NCBI RefSeq assembly: GCF_009914755.1
Contig: NC_060939.1
Origin: the human T2T-CHM13v2.0 reference genome, Homo sapiens
Reading direction: 5' to 3' (one strand)
DNA length: 64,000 bases
The translations under genes were made by a program, and so were the position numbers. Positions 32,719-48,309 of this stretch are shown in pieces; the first letter of the stretch is position 1, and every line of letters begins with the position of its first letter. Below the pieces are notes generated by a model. That model saw nothing but the letters and a program-made list of their open reading frames with translations. It was not told the DNA's origin and ran no database searches.

Positions 32719-33988
32719 GTGATGGTGACTATGAGAGCCTGTCACATATGATGTAGGACAGTGCTTTCCTGTAACATGCACAAGATTCCCGTGATGATGG
32801 TGCCTATGACAGCCTGTCAGATACTATGTAGGACAGTGCTTCCCTTTAATATGCACAGGATTCCCGTGATGATGGTGACTATGACAGCCTGTCACATATG
32901 ATGTAGGACAGTGCTTCCCTGTAACATGCAGAGGAGTCCCGTGATGACGGTAACTATGAGAGCCTGTCACATATGATGTAGGACAGTGCTTCCCTGTAAC
33001 GTGTGCAAGATTCCCGTGATGATGGTAACTATGAGAGCCTTTCACATATGATGTAGGACAGTGCTTCCCTGTAACGTGGGCAAGATTCCCGTGATGATGG
33101 TGACTATGAGAGCCTGTCAGATACTGTGTAGAACAGTGCTTCCCTGTAACATGCACAAGATTCTTGTGATGATGGTGCCTATTTGAGCCTGTCACATATG
33201 ATGTAGGACAGTGCTTCCCTGTAACTTGCCCAAGATTCCCGTGATGATGGTGACTATGAGAGCCTGTCAGATACGATGTAGGACAGTGCTTCCCTGTAAC
33301 ATGCAGAGGATTCCTGTGATGATGATGACTTTGAGAACCTGTCAGATACTATGTAGGACAGTGCTTCCCTTTAATATGCACAAGATTCCCGATGATGGTG
33401 ACTATGAGAGCCTGTCACATATGATGTAGGACCGTGCTTCCTTGTAACATGCACAAGATTCCCATGTTGATGGTGACTATGAGAGCCTGCCACATATGAT
33501 GTAGGACAATGCTTCCCTGTAACATACACAGGATTCCCGTGATGATGGTAACTATGAGAGCCTGTCACATATGATGTAGGACAATGCTTCCCTGTAACGT
33601 GCCCAAGATCCCGTGATGATGATGACTATGAGAGCCTGTCACATATGATATAGGACACTGCTTCCTCTGTAAAACACACAAGATTCCCGTGAGAATTGTG
33701 ACTATGAGAGCCTGTCTGATACGATGTAGGACAGTGCTTCCGTGTAACATGCACAAGATTCCCTTGATGATGGTGACTATGAGAGCCTGTCACATATGGT
33801 GTAGGACAGTGCTTCCCTGTAACATGCCCAAGATTCCCGTGATGATGGTGACTATGACAGCCTGTCACATATGATGTAGGACAGTGCTTCCCTGTAATGT
33901 GTGCAAGATTCCCTTGATGATGGTGACTATGAGAGCCTGTCAGATATGATGTAGGACAGTGCTTCCCTGTAACATGCACAAGATTCAC
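32719..33988. repeat. 75-bp minisatellite, ~17 copies
   Basis: Unit GATGATGGTGACTATGAGAGCCTGTCACATATGATGTAGGACAGTGCTTCCCTGTAACATGCACAAGATTCCCGT; 25-aa periodic ORFs. Confidence 0.97.
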
Positions 33989-34565
33989 CCTGGAATCTTA
34001 TTAAAATGCAAACTCATAGACCACAATTTGACTAGCTAAGACAAGAGCATTTAAATGGATGTCCAGGTTACGGTGCTAAGATCCTACTGTTCATGTGGGC
34101 ACTGGCTCACCATATTAATGAAGCTTAGGACCTCCAGTCCCTGCTGGAAAAGAAATACAGATACATAGGATATGACTCTGCATATGGAATGTCTGTTGTG
34201 TTCTTGACATTGTACTAGACACTAGAGATAAAAAGTCAAATATCCCTTGCCTCTATCTGAAAGGAGCTTCCTACACAGTGGCTTCTGACTGCAGTGTATA
34301 TTTTCTCTTCTGTCCTGGGTCGGTGAGCTCTATCTCAGTGTTGGTAACTGAACACTGCCCAATGGGTTTGATGGGGGAGATCACAGCTAGCTGCACTCCC
34401 ACATAGCTATGACCACAGCATACCTCGTGATGCCATTTCCCCCTTGTCAGAAGCCTCCCTCCAGTATCATACATGCTCCCCATGATTATAAATTCTTCTT
34501 CCTTCCACTAAATGTTCCTAAATCTGGCAAAGATAAAAACATAAACCACATTCTTGTCATATTAG

Positions 34566-34894
<329 letters not shown>

Positions 34895-35091
34895 CAAGTT
34901 CCTTATTTTTCATGTGTTTAATATTTTCTCCCAATTTATAGAACATATTGATTAAGAATAAATTTTAGCCATGCACATCTTTTACAAACTTCATGATATA
35001 CTTTGCTATATTTAAATTTCTTATACTCTTATAAAATGTGTGTTCTGATCTCACGTTGCTTCCATTTCTTCCCTCTGGCTTCTATTAGTTT

Positions 35092-35191
35092 AGGCTATGA
35101 GCAGAGATGGACGAGGTGGCTACTGTAATAGATCAAGGCTATGAGCAGAGATGGATGAGGCAGCGGCTGTAATGGATTAAGGCTATGAGCA
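35092..35191. repeat. 44-bp tandem repeat x 2.3
   Basis: aggctatgagca at 35092, 35136 and 35180. Confidence 0.9.
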
Positions 35192-35296
35192 TCTTGTGAA
35201 GTAGGATATAAAATCTGTAAATGTCAGAATGAATCCAAACTTACCAATTCAAAGCTGGATTGTAAAACAGCTCAAAAAAAGACTGAAAACACAGCT

Positions 35297-35570
35297 CTAC
35301 ACTTTAGGAGGCTGAGGCAGGCAGATTGCTTAAGTTCAAGAGTTGGAGACAAGTCTAAGAAACATGGAAAAACCGTCTCTACAAAAAAAATATTTTTAAT
35401 TAGGAGGGTATGGTGGTATGAGCCTGTGGTCCCAACTTTTCAAGAGGCTGAGGTGAGAGGATTGCTTGAGCCCAGAAGGTAGCTGCAGTGAGCTCTGATC
35501 ACACCACTGCATTTCAGCCTAGGTGACAGAGTGAGACCTGTCTCAAAAACAAACAAAAATAACAAAAAAA
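35297..35570 (+). mobile_element. 5'-truncated AluJ-type SINE
   Basis: Alu body with TSD ACAGCTCTA on both sides. Confidence 0.88.
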
Positions 35571-37694
35571 ACAGCTCTAAACAAAAGTGGCTAGAAAAGT
35601 AGCTCAAGTTGTTCCTGTGTGGTTAAATAGAAACATAAATGAACTACTTATGTGCCCCAGGGGCTTCATAATGCTGAGAGCAAAGTCAATTATTCCAGCA
35701 GGTTCTAGCAAACTTTATCATATCATGGGGTTCAATGAAAATATCAAATCATAAATATAATAATCAAATCTGAAAGTCAATCTAGTTTCAAAGACCTCAG
35801 AAGCCAGTGTGTAGGAAGCTCTTTTCAGATAGAGACAAGGGATTATTTGACTTCTTATCTCTGTTGTCTAGCACAATGTCCAGAACACAACAGATATTCC
35901 ATATGCACAGTCACATCCTATGTATGTGTATTTCTTTTCCAGCAAGGACTAGAGGTCCTAAGCTTTGTTTACATGGTGAGCCAGTGCCCAGATGAGCAGC
36001 AGAATCTTAGCACAGTCAGCTACACACTCATTTCAATGCTCTGGCCCCTTATCCAAGCTAGTCAAAGTGTGGGCTATGGTTTTGCATTTTAAGGGATCCC
36101 TGGGTGAATCTTGTGGCTGTCAAAGGAGGAGAAGCACTGCCCTCAAAATATAGAAAAAGTGAACTAATTTATACAGGCAGGTGGCTGTTTATTTATGTAT
36201 TTATTTATCTTGTTGATGGGAAGATTCAAATTGACGTACACAATCACCCCCATAAGGATTTCAGGTAAAAAACAAAGGTTTAGATATCAGATGTGTTTTA
36301 CAATTACCACACCAGTCTTTTTACTACAGAATCTAGTAACATATTTCCAATAGATCTAGGTGAAAATTTCTATCTCATGACCCTTCTGTCAGTATTTTTA
36401 AAATTGGATACTCTATTAGTGGCAAAATTGAATCTCTTACAGGCATCTCACTCAAACTGCAGTCATACTTTCCAATAGGCCCCATAACAATCCTTGTTCT
36501 GGAGCAATCTAATATATTTATCCACCTCTTTAGACACTTAGGTAAGTATAATAATACAAGTTTTGTGTGTGTGTGTGAGTGTGTGTGTGTATTGTGTACC
36601 TTGTGGCCTCTTGTCCAGTTTCTGCAACACCTAAATCTGAGGCAAGTTTAATGTAAATAACGTCCAGCAATGTTAGAAATGTTGACTTTTATGTGCCCAT
36701 CAGGAAAAAAGTATGAATGTTATTGTGGAGTAAATTTTCATTCTGGAAAAAATGCATACTGTTTGAATGTTACTTTCATGCTTTCCACAGATACTATACA
36801 CAGATATTATATTCCAAGGATTACGTTTCAAAGTCTTCAAAAATAGAAAATTCATTTTATATTTCTAGCTGAAAATAATAACAGTAATTAGTCTACCTTT
36901 GGGGAAATGTGATAAAAATACTAATGACCATCACAACTCATTAAAAGCATAAAATGTGCAATGATTTAAACTACATGTTCTTTCTATGAATCTGCATAGA
37001 AATATAGACACATTTGATAAATGCTATTTAAAGTCTGAGTGCTTTGGTAAATGATTCATCTATAGGTTGAAGGGATTACTTTTATCTGCCTTCATAGTGA
37101 GAATTAGATTTCTATTCTTTATAAAGCAGGGAATACAGATTGTGCATGGAGTAAAAACCTTCAATCCTTATCAATAATGATGGTAGCTGCGCTGCAGAAA
37201 AGAAAGCCTGTCAGAGTAACGTGTTCAGTTTTACATCATAATCAGAGGTATGTCAATCTCTGTTGAAGGCAGAATTAAAAACGCCTTCAACGTTTTTAAA
37301 ATAATAAATGAAAAACATCTCAACGTCACTTTTAAAATTTGAATTGACGATTCCACATAACAGGAAAAGGACCAAGACCATCTTAAATACTTCATGATGG
37401 AAGTGATGTTTTAACTGCAGTTTCATCAAGGAGAAGTTTTTCCCGAAAGTCTTTTGACCTCAGTAAGAAGCTTATTTACTCTGGTAAATAATTTACCGTA
37501 AGATGAGAAAGACTGGATTTTTTAAAAACAATAAAAAATTTACATGGTTTAATCTAATGTGATTTCGAAAGTACTACTTTTGCCCTTATAGTTACGCTTG
37601 TGTATTTATATGCATTTTCTTGGTTCATTCAAATGCCAATAAAATACTTTACTATCCAGGCCCCTTAAAAGCCAAATTAATTTCTAAAAGTGAG

Positions 37695-40125
37695 GATTGT
37701 ATGTATGCTGTGAGGTGTGCGCAGGTGTATGTGTGTGATGTGTATGTATGGTGTGTGTATGTGGTCTGTGTGTGTAGTAGGTTCATGGGGTATGTATATG
37801 TGTGTGTAGTGTGTATTGTGGGTGTTATGTGTGTATACTGTGTGTAGTTTGTGGGTGGTGCATGGTGTGTATATGTGCTGTGTTTGTGGTGGGTGTGTAC
37901 TACGTGTGGTGTGGTGTGCGTGTGATATATGTGTGTGCAGTTTGTGGTTTATGTGATGTGTGTATGGTGCTGGGTGTGTGTGTACTGTGTGTAGTGTTTG
38001 ATGTGTGATGAGTGTAGAATGTGTAGTGTGTGTGTGCACAGTATGTGTGGTGTGTATGTGATGTGTGTGCTCTGTGTGTGTGGTGCTATATATACGTGTG
38101 CAGTGTGTGGGGAGTATGTGTGGGGCGTGTGTTTGATGTGTGTGGGGAGTATGGGGTGTGTGTGGTGCTGTATGTGTATGTTGTGTGTGTAGTAGATTCG
38201 TGTGTGTGGTGTAGTGTGTGCAGTGTGTGGGGGGTATGCGTGTGTGCACATTGTGCAGTGTGTGGTATGGGGATGTGTGTGCGTGTGCACATGGTGTGTG
38301 TGCAGTGTGTGTGGTGTCTGGGGTGTGTGTGTGCACATGGTGTGTGTGTGTTGTATCAGGGGTGTGCGTGTGTGCACCTGGTCTGTGTGCAGTGTATGTG
38401 TGTGTGGTGGGGTGTGTGCGTGTGCACATGGTGTGTGGTGTGTGTGATGTGTGGGGGTATGTGTGCATGTATACATGGTGTGTGTGTAGTGTGTGATGTC
38501 TGTGTCGGGTGTGTGTGCATGTGTACATGGTATGTGTGCAGTATGTGTGGTGTGTGGGGGTGTGTGTGCATGTATGCATGGTGTGCTGTGTGCAGTGTGT
38601 GTGGTGTCTGTGGTGTATGTGTGGGGCATGTGTGCTTGTGTACACGGTGTGTGTGGTGTGTGCATGTACACGGTGTGGCATGTGCAGTGTGGTGGGGTGT
38701 GTGTGCAGTGTGTGGTGTCTGTGTGTGGGGTGTGTGTGCACATGGTGTGTGTGCAGTGTGTGTTGTCTGGGGTGTATGCGTGTGCACATAGTGTGTGTGT
38801 GCAGTGTGTATGCGTGCACATGGTGTGTGTGTGCAGTGTGTGTGTGGTGTGTTTGTGCACATGGTGTGTGTGCAGTGTGTGTGTGGTGTGTGCACATGGT
38901 GTGTGTGCAGTGTGTGGTGTCTGTGTGATGTGTGTGCATGTGCTCATGAGGTATGTGCAGTGTGTATGGTGTCTGGGTTGTGTGTGTGCATATGGTGTGG
39001 TGTGTGCAGTGGGTGTGGTGTCTGGGGTGTGTGTGGAGTGTCTGTGTGTGGGGTGTGTATGTGTGTGTGTGGGGAAAAGAAAGAGATCAGACTGTTACTG
39101 TGTCTATGTAGAAAGAAGTAGACATAAGAGACTCCATTTTGTTCTGTACTAAGAAAAATTCTTCTGCCTTGAGAGGCTGTTAATCTGTAACCGTACCCCC
39201 AACCCTGTGCTCCCTGAGACATGTGCTGTGTCAAGTCAAGGTTAAATGGATTAAGGGCTGTGCAGGATGTGCTTTGTTAAACAAATGCTTGAAGGCAGCA
39301 TGCTTGTTAAGAGTCATCACCACTCCCTACTCTCAAGTACCCAGGGACACAAAACACTGCAGAAGGCCACAGGGACCTCTGCCTAGGAAAGCCAGGTATT
39401 GTCTAAGGTTTCTCCCCATGTGATAGTCTGAAATATGGTCTCATGGGAAGGGAAAGACCTGACAGTCCCCCAGCCTGACACCGATAAATGTTCTGTGCTG
39501 GGGAGGATTAGTAAAAAGGAAGACCTCTTTGCAGTTGAGATAAGAGGAAGGCATCGGTCTCCTGCTTGTCCCTGGGCAATGGAATGTCTCAGTGTAAAGC
39601 CCAGTTGTATATTCCATCTACTGAGATAGGGGAAAACTGCCTTAGGGCTGGAGGTGGGACATGCTGACAACAATACTGCTCTTTAAGGCATTGAGATGTT
39701 TATGTATATGAACATCAAAAGCACAGCACTTTTTTCTTTACCTTGTTTATGATGCAGAGACATTTGTTCATATGTTTTCCTGCTTACCTTCTCTCCACTA
39801 TTACCCTATTGTCCTGCCACATCCCCCTCTCTGAGAAACGCCTGATAATAATCAATAAATACTAAGGGAACTGAGAGACTGGTGCCGGCCTTGGTCCTCC
39901 GTATGCTGAGCACCGTTCCCCTGGGCCCACTTTTCTTTCTCTATACTTTGTCTCTGTGTCTCTTTTCTCAAGTCTCTTGTTCCACCCGATGAGAAACGCC
40001 CACAAGTGTGGAGGGGCAAGCCACCCCTTCACGTGTGCACATGGTGTGTGTGCTGTTTGTGTGGTGTCTGTGTGTGGGGTGTGTGTGCATGTGCACATGG
40101 TGTGGTGTGTGCAGTGTGTGTTATG
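37695..40125. repeat. TG-rich degenerate simple repeat, interrupted by LTR5
   Basis: (TG)n variants with a recurring gtgcacatggtgtgtgtgcagtgtg sub-unit on both sides of the LTR. Confidence 0.96.
39068..40031 (+). mobile_element. Solo HERV-K(HML-2) LTR5
   Basis: TGTGGGGAAAAGAAAGAGATCAGA start, CCACCCCTTCA end, 964 bp, AATAAA near 39854, 6-bp TSD TGTGTG/CGTGTG. Confidence 0.96.
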
Positions 40126-41999
40126 AGTGACTGCTTCTCTTAGCATGTGGACATCAGTCTTCCAGACCAGCTTTCTCCATGTGTCTGGGAACATAAGAAA
40201 CAAGTTTCTGCAATAATTGTTACACAGCTTTTCCAGAGAGGTACCAAATCTCTGTCGTGAGTGGATATCTGCATCATTGCAGGAGGGAATGTGATGTCCT
40301 GGTTTGGCTCACACCCTCTGAGGGCTTAGGCAGGGTTCCTGCTGGATCCCTCACTGTGGCCAGAGACGGAGGGCTCTGTTTCACCATAGGGCACCAGAAG
40401 AGGACTGGGGCGTGGGAAGACCAGGTAATCATAATGGTATTAATAATGGTGGTAATAATACTGCTTTATACATTGTATATGTCATAAGGATTTTAACTTT
40501 CATCTAACATAATTGTTGTAAAAATGTCCCCAGTTTGTTTTGTGCTATTTACTTGCTGTTGAAATGTGTAAGAATTTACGTTTTAGGTACGTTAGGTTTA
40601 TTCCTTTTTATATAGTTTCTGTTCACAATTTTGATTTTAGAAGACATTCATTCATTCTCAAGGTCATAAAACACAAGTACATCTAATTTTCTTTTCTTTT
40701 CTCTCTCTCTCTCTCTCTTTTTTTTTTTTTACATTTAATACTGGAATTAACTTTTATGTAAGGTGTGGGACCAGGATTCAATTCTATCATTTTATATTCT
40801 CAAATCATTACCCAATATTTTAACATCATAAATGGAAAAATGGCTCTGTTTTGTGGGTTTAAAATATTACCCTGTTACTAGATAAAATTACACTCAATTT
40901 CTGTGTTTTTGATTCTCTTTCATTAATGTGTTTATTTTTGTGCCATTTCAAATTTGTTTAATTTTGAATAGTAATAACAATCTTAAATATCTTATAGTAA
41001 ATTTTATAAAATTGGCTCTCGTGTGTGTTCAATTGTGGATTTAAAATCACATTTTCTTGTTCGAAAACATTTTTCTTGGAATTTTTATTGGAATTTGAGC
41101 ATATTTTTAAATAATTTACAGCAAACTAAAGAGTTAATATTATTGAGTCCTCTCATCCAGAATGTGACATGCAAATTCCTCAAACCTCCTTTAATGCCAT
41201 TTAGTCAAAATTAATATGTTAAATCAATATAAATTAGTATAAATGAGTATAACTAATGATTAAAATAATGAATGTGTTTGGCTCCACGTTTCTGTTTTCT
41301 GCCTTCTATCACTGATGATTTTTATTCCTATCCTTGTTGTTTTCTACAGTTTCTTTTATTATGTCTTTTTCTGTCTTGTGATGTGAAAACTATATGATAC
41401 ATTGTAATGTTTTAATTTTTCTAATTTTTTGCTCTTAATTTTAACTAATTTTATATTTTAGAGAAGTGCGGGTTCACAGCTAAACGGAGCAGATAGTACA
41501 GACTTCTCATATGTCCCTTTCCCCACACACAGCCTCCCCACTACAGCTTCCTGCCTCACAGGAGCACACCTGTGACAACCAGGAACCTACCTTGACCCTT
41601 CATTATCACTCAAAGCTTACAGTGCACATTCATACTTATTTACTCTTCACATTGTACTTTCTGAGTCATGACAAAAGTATAATGGCAATGGGATATTATT
41701 CACCGCTAACAGGAGATGATCTACCAAGCCACAAGAAAATACATGGAGGAAACTTAAATGCATATTGCTAAAAGAAGAAGCCAATCCGAAAAGTCTACGT
41801 ACTGTTCGATTCAAATTATATGACGTTCTGGAAACGGTGAAACTATGGGAACAGTAGAAAGATCAGTGGTTGCCATGGACCAAGGGGAAGGAAGAGATGG
41901 ATGCACAGAGCACAGAGAATCTTCACGGCAGTAAAACCATTCTGTATGATACTGTAATGGTAGATATATACATTTGTAAAAATCTATCTTAACTTTTAA

Positions 42000-42304
<305 letters not shown>

Positions 42305-42329
42305 GTTTTTGTTTTAAGAACTGCAGACA

Positions 42330-42630
42330 AGCTGGGTGCAGTGGCTCAAGCCTGTAATGGCTGCACTTTTGGAGGCTGAAGTGGCTGGATTGCTTCAGCC
42401 CCGGAGTTCAAGACCAGCTGGGCAAAATAGTGAGATCCCGTCTCTACAAAAAAAGTATTAAAAAAAATAGCCAGGCATAGTGCTGCATGCCTGTAGACCC
42501 AGCCAGGAGGCTATGATAGAAAAATCACTTGACCCTGCAGTTTGAGGCTGCAGTGAGCTATCATCATGCCACTGCACTCTGTCCTGGGTGACAGAGCGAA
42601 ACCCCATCTCAAAACAAAGAACAACCAAAA
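42330..42630 (+). mobile_element. AluJ-type SINE
   Basis: Diverged sense Alu dimer. Confidence 0.9.
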
Positions 42631-42634
42631 ACCT

Positions 42635-44600
<1,966 letters not shown>

Positions 44601-45345
44601 ACCCCCGGTGGGTGTCACCCTCCTCCCTCCTCTATCGAGTTCACCCACAACAGGGCGTGGGGAATGGCGCTTCCGACACCGCACATGCCCTGCGCGCCTG
44701 GGGCTCTCCCAGTGGGGGCTTTCGTGAGCCAGGCAGCAAGGGCCATCCCCCTGCTCCAGCCCAGCCAGGCTGCGCAGGCAGAAGGACTCTCCCAACATGC
44801 CCAGGCATGTGGGGCTTTGTGTTCCCTGCCCTGGCTCCTCTGGAACTGGGGCTCTCCCATCCTCAGACTCCCTGGTGGCCTCTGCACCCCAACAAATCAC
44901 AGGAAGACCAGAAACCGCTGCGCGAGGGCCTGCTGGGTGCGTGCTCATTTTGGGCCCCCTCAAGCTGAGTCACAGGGGCAAGGTGTGCTTGTGCCACCCA
45001 CGTCCCACCGGAATCCGTGGTGGGGCTGGAGCCCCAGGTCGCCAGGGCGGCGTGGGAACCCGAAGACGGGGCACCTCCACCTGCAGAGATCGCGATCCCG
45101 GAGGCCTCCGCGTCAAGAACAGATGCCAGCCATCCAGGCGCCTCTCAACAGCTCCAGGAGCCGGGGAGCTCATCTGCACTCACCTCCAGCCTGTTAGATG
45201 AGCTCCTGTCAACCCCAGAGTTTCAGCAAAAGGCACAACATTTCCTAGATCCGGCGCCACTGTGGGAGCTGAAGGACGTGGAAGAGCCCACTTTGCTGGA
45301 ACCACTCCTCAGCCAGGGCGACCACTGGGCTCTGCTGGAGGAGCA
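44601..45345 (+). pseudogene. DUX4L: DUX4-like pseudogene fragment (post-homeobox region and C-terminal activation domain), frameshifted
   Basis: PGGCHPPPS..PCAPGALPVGAFVSQAARA..LQPSQAAQAEG, SHPQTPWWPLHPNKSQED, QGQGVLVPPTS..PWWGW and LLDELLSTPEFQQKAQ..LLEE, spread over three frames. Confidence 0.94.
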
Positions 45346-46300
45346 GGTTGGGGCGGGGTTGGGGCGGGTTGGGGGCAGAGCGGCGGCCTCTCTTTCGCGG
45401 TGAACCTCAGGCTTGGTATGGAGAGGCGTGTCTTCCCTTCCAGCTGACCTGCCTAGGATCCCTGAGTTCCAGGTCCAGAGAGAGTCTCCACACAGAGGAG
45501 GGCTGTCAAGAATGACAAGAAAGAATTCCTGAGCATCCTGGGGATCCCAGGGCCGGTCCAGGTACCCCTAAGTGGGCTGTCTACTGCTCATGCGCGGGTT
45601 TCCAGGCAGCAGCCTAGGTTTTCTAACTAGCCCAGGCGGAGCTCTCATCCCTTTTTCCCCTGCGTTCTTCAGTCGGGTTGGCGGAGACCTCAGTCCGCGA
45701 AACACTGGGCCGGGGCAGAAGCCAGGCCAGTTCTTTCTGCGGCTCGACTCCTCTGCCTCTTCGCTCTCCATCACTAGCCAACCTTTGTCCCGCCAGCCTC
45801 CTTGCCAGCACCATGGAGTGCCTTGCAACTAAATGTAGACCCGAGACCACGTGCAAACCGAGGTGCTGCCCTTTCCAGGCAAGAGGGAAGGCAGGCAGAG
45901 ATGAGGACAGGAATGGAGACAGAGTGAGATGGAAGGATGGAGCTAGGAAAGGATGGGTGGAAGGAGGGACCCCGGAAGGGAGAGAAAGATGGAGGGAGGG
46001 AGAAAGGGGGAAAAAACTGGGGTAGGGAAGGAAGAACAGAGGGAAGGATGGACCGAGGGACAAAAGGAGCAAGAAACAGAGAACGAAGGCAGAGAGAAAA
46101 ACGGCCTTCTGCCTCCAGAACCAACAGGACCTAGCACTCCGGGAAAATGTTGGGTGCCCAGTGCGGGCTAAGTGCTGGGCCCACAGCCCCGTTGGCCGGC
46201 GGGGCGCTCAGCGGCCCTCTGGATCGCCAGCCTGGGTTACTTCATCCCGGAGCAATTCAGACCAATTCCGTTTCCGAAGGAATGAGCGAATTCCCCAGAG
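45346..46300 (+). repeat. D4Z4-like downstream sequence including the KpnI site; right end approximate
   Basis: ggggatcccagggccggtccaGGTACC (45561-45566) followed by gtgggctgtctactgctcatgcgcgggttt, as at D4Z4 unit junctions; GA-rich stretch 45880-46100. Confidence 0.75.
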
Positions 46301-46784
46301 GGCAATAAGCTGACACTCAGGTGGTTGTGTGTTTTTCATCCACGTGGTTCACAGATGACATATCCCCACGTTGAGCCCTGCAACAGAGCGCGAGGCGGAA
46401 AGTCCCATCCACACAGGGGTCACACTTAGGCCAACTGAAGCGTGATTCTGGATTCCACGTTTCTTTGCCCTCTGCAAAGGTTCCTGTTGCTCAAGTTACT
46501 GCCCCCTGAAAGCGTGACCATGTTGACTGTTTGTTTCCCGTGCTCTGTGGGGTCCCAGAAACTTCCAGGAATGCGTGGAAGACCAGCATTGTGTCAGTGC
46601 TCTCCTTTCCAGTTTTCAAACAGGCTATATTGGAGACTCCCCATTTTGCAGGAAACAGGAATCCATCGTCAGGCCGTGATGCATGGGATGTTTCTTTTCT
46701 CTGTGGTTTCGCTCTCGTTGTCTACGTGAAAATGAACGAGATCCACACATCTGCGTGTATGAGAATATCACAGCAACTGTGACA

Positions 46785-48094
46785 CCCACGCGCTGGCAAT
46801 AGAGTTCGCATCCTGATCCCGGGACTAAGGTACTGATGAACATCCAGACTCACCCACCACAATCATTAGCAAACCCACTCCCAAACACACAGACACACAT
46901 GGGTGCACATGCGGGAACACAAGCACACACACAGACACAGAAAGACACAGACAGCTTGAAGGAGAGCAAGGGACAGAGGGATGGAGAGATAGAAACGGAA
47001 GGAGAGAGAAACAGCGATCGAGAGAGAGACACAGAGGAACCGGGGAGATTGAGAGAGAGAGCAAGGTGGAGAGGGAAGTAGAGAAAGGGAAAGGGTGAGG
47101 GAGCTAGAGAGGGAGAGCAACAGAGCCTTGGAGAGGGAGGCTCTATCTGGTAGACAGGGGCCCCTTTGGCCAGGGTAGGGTGGAGGGTGTCTGGGACGGG
47201 CCGGAACAGGGGGGGCAGGGCCGCCCACGCGGGAAAACCAACAGAGCCCTGAGGCGTGTTTTTACTTGGATTGGTTGGTTGCTTTGGGGGTGCGTTTCGT
47301 AGCCTCATTCCTTTGTTGGCTCCTCCCTGTCCTCTTGGTGCTGTGGGCCCTGAAAGTTGTAGAGTGCGCCCCTCACTGTGGCAGGAGCAGTGGCGCTGAG
47401 CGTGCCCAGGGGTCGCGGCTTGGGTCTCTCTCGTTTTCCGGGTGGTGTGGCCTTAGACAATGGCAGTGGCGCCTGGCTGGCCCAAGAGTCCAGTCCAGCT
47501 ACACCCGCCTGATTCCAGGCGTCACCAGCAACCCGGGGCCACAAGGCTGGGATGAGGCACCCCAGAGCCACTTGCCTCTGGCCGGGCTGCTCTCCCCCTC
47601 TACGCCCAAGCACCACCAGTCACCGCGCTGCGCTTTCCGCCGACCTCCCAGAGCGTCCTGCTGTCGCCGGCGGCCAGACCACGTTCGAGACCGCCTAGGC
47701 GCCAGAGGCCTCCCTCCCCTGCCAGGGCTCTGGACTCTCCAGGTGACCACCCTCTCGCTGACACTCCAGGCCTTCCCCAGGCTCTCGAGCTCCAGAGCTT
47801 CCAACACCTGGGGCCCGCTCAGGAAGGGGTGTGCTCCGAGGCGTCAGGGCCCAGGGCCCACTGTCCTGGGGTCCCCTCCGGTCCTCCGCTTTGCCGCGGA
47901 AAAAATATTTTGGATTCCTTGCTGCCCCTCCTGCAAGGCCCCCTGTTGCCCCACACACCCAGAGCCGCCAGGGCTGACCGGGGTGAACAGCCGGCCCAGC
48001 CCCGCGGGCCATTTTTCTTACAACGCCTACACAATCGTCGCTTGTTCCGACAAGGACCCGCCGTGGCCAACGGGGCAGGAAGGCTCTGCTTTGC
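46785..48094 (-). repeat. 5S rDNA-type repeat unit A, internally deleted
   Basis: CA-rich, GA-rich and GC-rich segments collinear with 48095-50280; only ~23 nt of the 5S 5' end remain (47436-47458). Confidence 0.8.
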
Positions 48095-48309
48095 CCCGCG
48101 CCAGCACTAGAGCCCCGGCAGCCTCATCCCGGGAAAGAGGGGCTGACGGACACCCAGACACACCCCACCACTACCACAAGCAAACCCACCCTGACACACA
48201 CACGGATACACACGGGTGCACGCGCGCAGACACTCACACACACGGACACAGACACACCACTCCCGGGCACACACACATGGACACACAAAGACACAGACAC
48301 AGATAACTT

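Noticed and set aside
32719-33988. CRISPR-like array or genuine His-rich protein gene
   Set aside because: Pure tandem units without unique spacers, eukaryotic context, frameshifts, no gene structure
37620-39234. Long His/Thr- and Cys/Val-rich ORFs (up to 420 aa)
   Set aside because: Artefacts of the stop-poor (TG)n repeat; open in all frames
44664-44681. MALPTP, identical to the DUX4 N-terminus
   Set aside because: Context aligns to internal DUX4 GTGLPAPHVPCAPG and no homeodomain follows; coincidental
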